A stretch of 58,229 nt of DNA from Chromera velia (lineage: Eukaryota), in contig JAHBMJ010000051.1 of NCBI GenBank assembly GCA_018398765.1, forward strand, positions 1-58,229, given 5' to 3'. Under the pieces are notes generated by a model. The model did no database searches, was not told the origin of the DNA, and saw only the letters and a program-made list of their open reading frames with translations. The position numbers were made by a program, and so were the translations under genes. The stretch's first letter is position 1; the number at the start of each line of letters is the position of its first letter. Positions 48,124-58,229 of the stretch are shown one piece after another.

Positions 48124-50472
48124 ATGGCTGTCCCGGAGGTGGCGGTCCCAGCCGAGGGCATTTCAGGGGTGCGTGGGGGTCGCAGAGAGGAGTCGAGCCT
48201 GCAAGTCCGGGGTACGTCAGCGGGTGTCCTTTGCATTGTATGGCTTCCGTGCACACATTCTGCACTGCCATTTCCGCTGGCGTGTCGAGAATCCTTCTGG
48301 CTCGAGACCACTCTCTGACCATTTAATTCCGTCTCGCGTTTACCTACCTGCAGGTCTCGAGCAGCGTCTGGGTGGGCGTGCTGGCTGCGACGCGAACGTG
48401 GGATCAGAGCTGCAGAACATGGTAAGTCGCCCCTTAATTGTCTCCGCTGGGGTCGTGCGCTCTCGCGTTGCACGCTGTGCTGCTTTCTCCTCTATGTATG
48501 CAGCTCTGCGGCGGCGACACTGTGCAAGGAGGCGAGCCGTTCAGGGAGGGTCTGAAGATCGGCATTGCCGCAGGTCGGTTTGTTCGGCAGTCTTCGAGAC
48601 TCCCAGCGTCCTTTTAGTTGCGTCTGCGATCCGATCCAAAAGATCCTCCGCATGATGCAGTTCTCACCGTATCTCTCTCGTGGTTGGTTGGTTTTGTTGG
48701 TCACTTTCCGTTTTTTTGTGTGTGTCTCTTTTTTCTCTCCCTCGCGGTCTCCGCTCCTAAATTCCCCCTGTATCCCGTACGTCGTTACTGCCTGCCTGGC
48801 TGTGTGATGCAGAGTGGGCGCTGTCAAACAAGACGAAAAACTTTCAGTTAATTCAAAATAATTCCAATTTAATTCAAATTAATTCAAATGGCTGCAGAGT
48901 GGGCGCTGTCGAATAAGACAAAGAACCAGATCGCTCACGCGTATAATGGGAACACACAATCCACCGGAAACAGAGATATACCAGACTGGGCGCAAAAGAC
49001 AGAAGACGAAGAGGCACAGACTGTCTGGGGGAAGGCGTCTTGCCGGAATGCTCCCGACTGTGTTTTGATTTCCAAAGCGAGTGCGGCAGCATGGTTGGAG
49101 GAGGATGAGAGGAAATGGGAAGAGAAGGAGAGGGAATGGGAAGAGAAGGAGAGGGAATGGGAAGAGAAGGAGAGGGAATGGGAAGAGCGGCAGAAGGAGA
49201 AGGAGAAGGAGAGGGAAGAGCGGCAGAAGGAGAGGGAAGAGCGGCAGAAGGAGAGGGAAGAGCGGCAGAAGGAGAAGGAGAAGGAGAGGGAAGAGCGGCA
49301 GAAGGAGAGGGAATTGGTGCGCTGCCCCGCTTCTCAGCCTGGTCAGTGAACGCAGCCCTTCATTCCCGAAGCTCACGGCTCTCTGCGGGCATGTTGCCTT
49401 CTCAGTAGCGTGTGCATTCATTTGCCCTCTCTTGATACTGACTGATACTGACTGACCGAAGCTCAAGACTGTTTCTCTGCGTTCGTTCGCCTTGATCAGT
49501 CGTGATGTGCCCCCGAGTTTTCTCCAGCATTAATTCCTGTGCTCTACAAGAACAGCTGGCTTAGTGGCTGTTTGTCGGGTGTCCTGCTGTGAGGAAGTGC
49601 GTGAGCAGGTGTCTGCATGCGTGGCTGACTCCCTCTGTGTTTTCTTTCTCACGTGGGCTCTCTCTCGCGTGGGCTGTGCATACCATAAGGCAGCGTGCAT
49701 GCTTTTCGTGAGAGGAGTGCGTGTGTGCCTACATCACCATCTCTTCAGATGTATACATTTGTCGTCATCATGTCTTCCGATCTATCGACTTTTTCCCACC
49801 GCCAACACAGGAAGGTGAATTTTTTCTTTCTCGTTTTTTGCGTGTTTCCGTCCTTTCCAAGACATTCCCATACGTTGCCGTGAGATCCCTGTGCCTTTTG
49901 TGCTATGGCGCAGTGCAGAGCCCCTTAAACCATTCGCCCTTGGAGGCCTTACTGTCGTCGTTTTGGCGCTGGTCGGTCTCGCAGCTTACGAGTGGGTATA
50001 CGAAGGAGAGAGGATCAAACCCCCCCTCCTCGCTTTCACATTCTTTACGCTCTGCTGCACAGGCAACCTGTGTGAGCAGTACATGTCTGGCTGGAGAAAG
50101 TGTTGCGGTTGCAAACAGCCGGAGGCAAACGTCGGAAAGCATTCGCCACCGGACGCTGAGGGAAACCGGGCGCAGCCAAAGCCCGTAGGAAAACCCCAAG
50201 AAGGAATACCTGAGGGAACAAATCAGGGCGCATCGAAAGAGGCAGGGGCAGAGAGAGCTGCAGGTGTTTTTGGTAGTCAATCTCCACATGCTGGTACAGA
50301 AAAGCTCGACTCGGAACGGTCTGGACAAAACTCTTTCAAGAAATCCGCTCTGTTATCACTGCAGCCTAGGGATAGGCTCAAACGACACTATAAGGCAGAA
50401 CTTGATTATCAATCAATTATCAATCAGAGTTGTCAAATGATTGGCTTAGTCATTGGCTTAGCTAGCCACTAA
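48124..50472 (+). CDS. Hypothetical protein with an E/K/R-rich coiled-coil repeat and two C-terminal hydrophobic segments; exons about 48124-48211, 48354-48421, 48504-48573, 48898-49341, 49750-49815, 49919-50472
   Basis: Five consecutive phase-compatible GT-AG junctions; repeats of EWEEKER and EERQKER; hydrophobic stretches LTVVVLALVGLAAY and PLLAFTFFTLCC. No known domain recognised. Confidence 0.5.
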
Positions 50473-50885
50473 GCAAAAAAAAAGAAAAAATGGGTTGAAT
50501 TTCTTGGGAATTTCGTGCAACTTCATGGAATTTACCGGCCTGCAGAGTTTAAAGAGTTTTAGTGGAATTTACTGATGAATCTAATCAAGCAAATTCTTAG
50601 AGAATTTGATGATGTATTATGAACACTGTGACAATTAAGCTCCGTACTCAATGCACCCGGTCAGGCAAGGTTGCGTTGGAAAGTATAATAAAAAATGGTA
50701 AAGACAAATTACAAAGAGTCTGCGCGTCGGCTAAAGAAAAAAAAAAATAAACGATCAGAGGAGATCCTTTTTTTTCTTTAATTCTTTTTTATTTTTTTAC
50801 CTTGAATAACACTTAACGTACAACATTTAATTGTGTAATTAACCTAGCAATTAGCACATGAACAACACTTCTTAGTACAACCTAC

Positions 50886-53800
50886 TAAGGATAGCTATCG
50901 TATCGATATCGTATCGTATCGGTATCGAAGTATCGACTATCGGTTCTTTCTCGAGCCGCCGAGTATCGGTTAGTATCGGCCTGCTTAGAGCTTGTGCATG
51001 AAGGACTATAGCTGGGCTACTATGTGGTAAGGCGCGCGCCGGGCCGGGCCTCGGTGCTCGAAGACCGCGCGGGCGCGGCCGGGCTCAGTAACACGTATAT
51101 ACCGTCCCCAACCCGGCTCCATGCATGGATGAATGCGGATCGAACCGGCTCCAACGTGCGCTGAATTCAGCCTCAGCGGCCAGAACAGCCCGACTTGGCT
51201 TTAAGACAAGACTGCATGTACACTGCATCCGATCTAACAGAGCTTCATCATTTCTATTTTCTGAGCAAAACCGCTTCTGGACAACTATAGCATCATAACA
51301 GCCAGAAGGGAAAAAAACAAGGTAAGGTGTGGGCGTATTATAAACGTCAGGCGGATAGAAATTTCGTCTCCTCAGCATGCAGAGTTGGTTGACCCGTTGT
51401 TGCCCTTTTGGAGTTGGCTCACTGGCCAACGTCCAAACAACTCAAGGACAGTAGTCTAAGAATCGTCTTTCCACAGTGTTGTCTCTTCTTTTTGTGCCGT
51501 CTTGGAGCTTCAGGAGTGACCGGATCGACCAGGATGTACCCCCAAGAAGGCTTCCTATGGTTAATCCGGAGCGGCCGTCAAAGCCCGGGCACCGAAGGCG
51601 CCCGGCTGCCAAAGCCCGACCACGCCGAAGGCGCGGGCCTGTCAAAGCCCGACCGCGCCGAAGGCGCGGGCCTACTAAAGCCTGACCACGCCGAAGGTGC
51701 GGGCCTGTCAAAGCCCGACCGCACCAAAGGCGCGGGCCTACCAAAGCCTGACCGCGCCGAAGGCACGGCCATGCCAAAGCCCGACCGTGCCGAAGGCGCG
51801 GGCCTACCAAAGCCCGACCGTACGTACCGCCCCAAAACCCACATACATGTGGCTTTTGCAGTTATACGTATTAATGCATACATACACAAAGGTGCAAAAG
51901 CTGTCTGAAAAACGTCCCGGTCTTCTGGCTTGTTACTGTATATCGGTCCGCTATGGTTAGCACCTATCCTTAAGCTGGCGAATTCGATCTGACCCTGACA
52001 CTGTCTGTGTACTTTTCTTTTTCCAAAATGTCCAGCCTGCCTTTTGACGCTCGTTTGCGAATCGCTATGTCGGACTTCCTTGAAGATGCGGCCCTTGCGG
52101 AGTCAGTTTTAGAGTTCTTTCTGAAGACGTTGGGGATGGAATCCACAGAGCACATTGAGAAGTACTTTGAACCCCGAAAGGAATTTGAAGCTCTGAAGCT
52201 TCGACATGTTCAACAGGCCGACGAATTGAAGACTTTTTTTTTGAAGCGGCTTGCATGGAGGGGGCTGACAGAAAGCAGAACCTTAGCAAAAGGCGCCCCC
52301 GGTACAGGAGGCTGACACGCAGTCTCAGAAACGGACTGCCCCCCCCTCTGTACGGGAAAAGAGTCCTCCTTCTGGAGCATCGCGGGGATTGATGGCCAAC
52401 TGGATGGGTCCGTTTCTTTTTTACTGGCTGACTCAATCGTTCTGCATGCATGTATGTCAAAAAACTGCATCCGCGGTCAGTGTTCTCCACTTCTCTTCAT
52501 GCACTCAAGCAAGAGGACAAAGAGCGCAAGCAAAAGAAAAAGCGAAAGCAAAAGCAAAGGCTAAGGCAAAAAACAAGGCGAAAGCAAAGGCTGCTTTGTT
52601 TGCCCGGGCGACGAGCGAATATAGTGGTAGCGAAGGAGGGGGGGCTACAGAGTCTGATGATGATGACGATGACTATCGCCCTGCTGCACGCAGAGTCCAT
52701 GGATCTAGAATTCCTAAATGAAGACTGACTAAGACTGACAGATTCAAACTGATTAAAATCAATATTTTTTTTTTTTGTTATTTTACATATTTAAGTTGAT
52801 TATAGCAGATACTATAAGAGAGTATTAAAATATTATAAAACTAGGTTAAACTAGATTAAATTAGGTCACAATATTTTTAAGCTACAATGGACTGGAGGTA
52901 TATTCCATACTAGAAAGAATTAGCTTTCTGTCACTAGAGCCTTGACGATATTGCATACTAGAAAGAATGAGCTTTCTATCGTCAAAGCCCTGGCGCCGAA
53001 GGCGCCAGGCTGCCAAAGCCCGGAGTTTGATTGACAGACCATAGGGTCATAGGAAGGCTTCTTGAGGGTACCAGGATGTTAACATGGGTGAACTGAGATT
53101 CGGAAAGGTCAGTCACGAGTGAGGTCACTGTCATTTGGTGACATCCATACTCTGCCATCGAAGCTTGCCACTTTACCATTGATGTTCAACAACTGAACAT
53201 ACCTCTGATGACCTCATCTTTTACAAAAGCTTGCCACTTGGCGACTCGCTGCTCGTTTTTCGACGTTGACCTAGCTTCCAGCAACAGTTCGGTCTTCATA
53301 CCCTGTGAATCACAAAACACACACCAGGACCATCTATCTGTTTCCCCGTGGAAACCTTTGTAGTCCAATGTGTTTGTCTTGGTCTCCTTCATGCTTTCAT
53401 TTGTGCAGAAGGAACTTTTAATACCGCAAGCAGTGCTGTTTTCGTTTTTCCGGAACTGGATTTGCCCTCCCTGGAATGACCGGTGAGTTTGTCACTTGTG
53501 CCCGCTCCGCAGAGGAAGGAGAGGGCTTCCCCAAAATCTAGAAAGCTAAGGAGTGTCTCACCATGGATGTATTCCGCCAAATTGTTGCAGCTTTGAAGTC
53601 TCAGCTGGCCATTTTTTGTATTGGTTGATTTTTATGGAGATGCACACACATACAGATAAGTATACAGACCGCTGCACAGTATCAGACCTTTGACCTCAAT
53701 TTTCTCTTCACTCCGCTCGCTGAGTATCAACCACCATGTCGCTCAAGAGAGTCCAACCTAAGCTGTTTGCTGCGTAGCTTGTTTTTTCTTTTTTCTTTGT

Positions 53801-54264
53801 GCTGCAAATCTATATGGTTCCTTCGTAAGTGCAGAATAGCATGTGGATGTCTGCGTTTTGCTGTAAATTTTGTATGTATTCACTTGCATTTGGGTAACTT
53901 TGAGTTTAACAGTTTGCATCTGGTATGACGTTTCCAGGAACGACGTATTGATGAAGTTATTCTCAATCTCATGATGTGTTAACTCTTTTTAAAGGGAGGG
54001 TAAGGGGGGCAAAGCCCCCCTTATACTTTGGCCTTCTGAACGTTTTGGAGCCCATTTTCTAAGTAAAGTTGACTCTTTAAAAACATAAGATTTTTACAAA
54101 AAGTTGACAGTTTTACGAATGATACCGTTTGCACTAGGTTTTAGCCTCGTACGCTAAAAATTTTATGTCAGTATCGAAATGATCGATGATACCCCCTTTT
54201 TTCGGAACCTTAAATTCCAATACGATACCGATTCGATACCGATACGATACGATAGCTATCCCTA
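50886..54264. mobile_element. hAT-type TIR element, 3.4 kb, no recognisable intact transposase
   Basis: TIRs TAAGGATAGCTATCGTATCG...CGATACGATAGCTATCCCTA, 8-bp TSD CAACCTAC/TAACCTAC, subterminal (GTATCG)n arrays at both ends. Confidence 0.9.
51578..51819 (+). repeat. 33-bp minisatellite (about 7 units) whose consensus carries a CGCGCC-GAA-GGCGCG hairpin
   Basis: Consensus CCAAAGCCCGACCGCGCCGAAGGCGCGGGCCTR; a related single unit lies at about 52982-53021. Confidence 0.9.
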
Positions 54265-54299
54265 TAACCTACTAGAGTGCAACATGTGAATATATTTGA

Positions 54300-57032
54300 A
54301 CATCGCGAGCTGTCTTCTGCGTCTTCTGCGAGCTGTCTTCTGTCTTCTGCGAGCTGCGCTCTCAGAGTGAATTGGAACGAAAGCTTCCCGAGAAGAAAAG
54401 GTGAAGAGACAGCAAAGTTTTGGGCATACGTACAACAGTCAAAAATCCTTAGCCGTCTCACTTTTTCTTTGTGGTCAGAATGACAGAACAGGAGGAAAGA
54501 GACGTAGAGACAAACTTTTTGAAGTGTCCTAGCCTCTCTGATATCAGCTCAGACGAAGAAGGGACCCACAAGGAGATGCTGAAGGACAGGAAGAAGATGC
54601 CCGAGCAGCTAGCTCTCACGGAAGGTGCCATGGAAAGGCTACTCCGTGAAAGCGAGGCTCGAACAGAAGAGAAATTGGGAGGGAAGATCCAGGGACTGAA
54701 AGACAGTATAGAACAGATAGAGGAGCATCAAAGAAAGATGCAGCAGACGGTGAACAATCATGAAACGAGACTGAGATTGTTGGAGAAGGGACAGAAAAGA
54801 TCGGCCAAAGAGAAGGTGGAAGAGGAGAGGAGAATCTGCTCGCGGGTTGTTCTTGGACTGAAACTGCCCAAGAAAAACATCCGCATACATGCAAAGAATT
54901 TCATCTACATAGCAGCACTCGATCCCAATGGAGCGAGAAAAGATACCCGACTGCAGGCTGCAGCGTTTGCTAAGACGATGTTCCAGGCATTCCAGGGGGT
55001 GATGTCGATGAACCATCAGTCGTGGGGGTCAATAACGAAAATAGTCTTCAGTGCAAAAACAGTAGCAAGGGATTTCGACTCCCTCTTTGATGAACAGAAC
55101 AACATGCAGCACCCAGAAACAGGAGACCAACTCCGCTGTGTGATCCCAAGGACGAAGGAGCAGACAGACGCAGCAACGAAAAAGTGGGCAGTGGGAGTGA
55201 TGGGAGATACAGCTTCCAGCGACCAAAAGAAAGAAGAGGCGAGGAAGGCCCTTCAGAGACTAGGAGTTCCCCTCTCAGAGCAACCCCAACCGAGAGCCCC
55301 AGAGGGAGATGGAGATCTCGTGATGGGGGGAACAGAGAGAGATGGCCAGCAAACAGGAATCCCGAAACCGAGCCTCAGAATTGAGTAGAAGGGAAAGAAG
55401 AGGATGCAGAAGCAGAACGGAAGTGTAGAGCAGCAGCACGCAAACGCCGGGGGGGAGGCCTCCGGGGTTGGCCGTTGACGGGGTTGGCAGTTGAAGGAGG
55501 AGAAGGGGGGAGGAAGAAAGAGAGAGGTCGGGAGCCGGCCTCCCCCCGAAAGAAGGCTCTCAAGGGAAGACGAGCAAGAAACGTTGATTGAGGAAGAAAA
55601 GAGATCGATAGAAGAGTTCAGAAAGAGAATAGAAAGGGTAATGGAAGCAAAGGAAATGTTGAAGAGAAGGGTGAAGTTGTTAGAGGCAGAGATGACCGAG
55701 TGGACAGTGAGAGACACGATAGAGAGAGTAGAAAAGATGGGGCTCGGGGAAGAACTGAGAAAAATCGAGAGACGGAGGGTAAAGAGAGAGTATACCAGGA
55801 AGGCTCCATCTGAGTCCGACGTTTTGAGAAGGAACAGGTTTTAGGTGCTGAGTGGGGAAGGGGAAGAGATAGAAGGAGGCATGCCGAATAATGAGACCAC
55901 CTGTGGAGCCCCCAACGAGTTGCACACTCTTTCAAAAAAATTGCGTAGAAATTTTCACTCTTCTACTCCGAATAGTCGAGACTCTTTTTCCTCTGCAAAT
56001 TGGCTCGGCTGGCCTAAGCGCAGGGAGGAGAAGCTCACTGGAGACCCCGAGCTGATGCAAGGGGGGGGGAGTGGGACTGCTTCGCGAGGGGCAGTCCCTA
56101 TACAGGTGTGTCGATTAGACGAGCCTCGGCCACGTTCCTCGCTACCCTCTAACTCTCTTTCACACTCACTGAAAAAAGATGTAGACCAGTGTGCTCCCCC
56201 CCCCTTGTGCTCTCCTTTGTGTGCAGAGCGATGTGAAGGCGAGTGCACAGAGAAGGACGGGGCAACTCCGAACAAAGAAAGGACCAATCCACCCGTAAGG
56301 GAGATGGAGAGAAACCAAGTGAGAAAAGGTGGAGGATTTTTGTTGGGAAGAAGGACAGGAGGCAAGGAGAGTCCAGGGGAGGACAAAAAAGAAAAAAGCG
56401 ATTTCGTTCCCTTTCAGTTAAACCCCTGGGATATAGATTGTGGCCTTGCCAGAGAAAAAGAACCAGAAAATACCCTCGAGCATCCCAGATGTTTCTGCAG
56501 CATACATCCATTCTCGATCAACACACCCGAGCAAGACGGATCCCGGTTTGGCTTCTCTTTCTCCTCAGAAATCGAAGGCTTGTCAGAGAAGGAGAATAGT
56601 TTAATTCACAAAGACGAACAAATATGTGCCAACATGTGTTCATGTATATGTTCTTCTCTTTCCTGTTCCGTTTGAGCTTCTTTGCCTCGTTGTTCCCCAC
56701 CAGGTCCGTCTCTTTACAGCTCCACTACTTCTTCTGCGTCTTCCTCTTGTTTTTCTTTTTCCTCTGAGTCTCTTGGTTTTTGTTCGTCTTTCCCTAGCAC
56801 TGGCAGGGGAAAGAAAGAGGGCGGGAAAGAACACGGAGGGAGGGGTGGGAAGAGGCCAGACCGCCGGGAGATTTCTTCTTCTTCTTCTTCTTCTTCCTCC
56901 TCCTCCTCTTCTTCTCCTCCTCCTATTCCCTCTTCTTCTTTTTCTTCTTCTTCTTCTTCTTCTTCTTCTTTTTCTTCTTCTTCTTCTTTTTCTTCTTCTT
57001 CTTCTTCTTCTTCTTCTTCTTCTTCTTCTTCT

Positions 57033-57067
<35 letters not shown>

Positions 57068-57225
57068 TTCTTTTGCTTCTTCTGCTTCTTCTTTTTCTTT
57101 TTCTTCTTCTTCTTCTTCTTCTTCTTCTTCTTCTTCTTCTTCTTCTTCTTCTCCTTCTTCTTCTTCTTTGTCTTCATCTTCGTCTTCGTCTTCGTCCTCG
57201 TCTTCGTCTTCGTCTTCGTCTTTGC

Positions 57226-57256
<31 letters not shown>

Positions 57257-58229
57257 ATCTTCCTCTTCTTCCTTTTCTTTTTTGTCTTCCCCCGTGATGA
57301 ACAGAAAGAGCAAACAAAATAAGAAAGACAAAGGAGTAGAGATGTGGGTTCTGAACATAAGGGGAAGAACGGAGAATTTGGTGCAAAGCCCGTTTTTCGT
57401 AGAAGAAACGAAAGGAGCCGACATCCTCTTTATGAATGAAACCAGAACAGAGAGGACAGTGTGCAGTGTGAATGGAGGAAGACTGCAAGGAACGAATTTT
57501 CCGTTAGTAAGGGAGGGAAAAGAAGTGACGACGACAGGGGGGGTGATGGTATTGATGAGCAGAAAGGCAAGAGAGCTGGGCTTTACAACAGAAAGAGCAA
57601 CGGAGATAGCGGTATTTGCAGAAACACCAGGCTTCCCGCTCTTCGTTGGCTTGTATGACCCCCATGAAGAGTCGAACTACGCAGATGAGACACACCTCAA
57701 CAATTTGGCAGAGAGAATCGAAGAGAAAAGAGAAGAGAGAGAAAGAAAAGGAGAGAGCAGATTCTCAGAGGTCTGCGTGATAGGGGACTTCAACGCCCGC
57801 ACTGGAAAGAAAACTCCTCTGATAGTCTGGACAGGGAAGGGAGGGGGAGAAAAGGAAGAGTGGGCACGAACAGGTGGGAGAGAGGAGGTTTTCAGACCGG
57901 AGAGGGATTCTGAAGACGAGACGGAGAACACGAAGGGAAGGGCTCTTATTCGTTTTTGTGAGATGGTGGGCATTGTTCCTCTGAATAGACTGAGGCGGTG
58001 TGCGGTCGAAGAGGGGGGGGAGAAGGTAGCTTTTAACTTCGATGGATCGTTTACCTTCGACAGGGGGGGAGACAGAGGGAGGTCCCTGATCGACTATGCA
58101 TGCATGTCTCCTGTGTCTCTGCCATCTGTTCTTCTTTTTTCTGTATTTTGTGTATGCTCAGCTCAGTCAGACCATTCAGCTCTTAGATTAGTCCTGAGGG
58201 AGGAAGAAAGAGAGAATGAGAGCGGCGAG
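54300..58229 (+). mobile_element. 5' portion of a second non-LTR retrotransposon (ORF1-like coiled coil, poly-Ser linker, APE endonuclease), running off the window
   Basis: ORF1-like 54480-55388 with coiled coil (NHETRLRLLE). APE motifs in the frame open from 56676 to the window end: WVLNIRG, DILFMNET, GGVMVL, VGLY.P, IGDFNARTG, LIDY, SDH. Short tandem GCGAGCTGTCTTCT repeats at the 5' end. Confidence 0.85.
56870..57285 (+). repeat. (CTT)n/(CGTCTT)n microsatellite, read as poly-Ser in the LINE frame
   Basis: Long TCT/TCG codon run in frame with the downstream APE domain. Confidence 0.9.

Noticed and set aside
51578..51819. CRISPR-like array or PKPDRAEGAGL repeat protein
   Set aside because: Head-to-tail tandem units without spacers, eukaryotic context, and all frames open because of GC richness.
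56626..57424. Poly-Leu, poly-Glu and poly-Lys ORFs
   Set aside because: Alternative frames of the (CTT)n tract; only the poly-Ser frame connects to the APE domain.

Overview
Eukaryotic, intron-rich and microsatellite-rich genomic DNA. The GT-AG introns, TGCAG acceptors and a Plasmodium-like AdoMetDC N-terminus suggest an apicomplexan relative such as a chromerid; this is inference only. Reconstructed host genes: (1) a 7-exon, apparently intact fusion of S-adenosylmethionine decarboxylase and ornithine decarboxylase (minus, 6359-1512, about 1041 aa); (2) a 5'-truncated Cdc14 phosphatase pseudogene; (3) a TKL-type probable pseudokinase; (4) a head-to-head pair of a stand-alone VwkA-type vWA-domain gene and an alpha-kinase/ankyrin gene, sharing a ~600 bp spacer rich in TGCATGCA; (5) a hypothetical coiled-coil/2-TM protein. 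Much of the rest is decayed, partly nested transposons: two APE-type LINEs, a Ty3/gypsy chromovirus with non-canonical CG...CG LTR ends, an internally deleted LTR element, and four TIR elements. Their damage is dominated by transitions. The best candidates for new biology are the split vWA + alpha-kinase divergent pair and the AdoMetDC-ODC fusion. All exon models were assembled by eye and are not transcript-verified.
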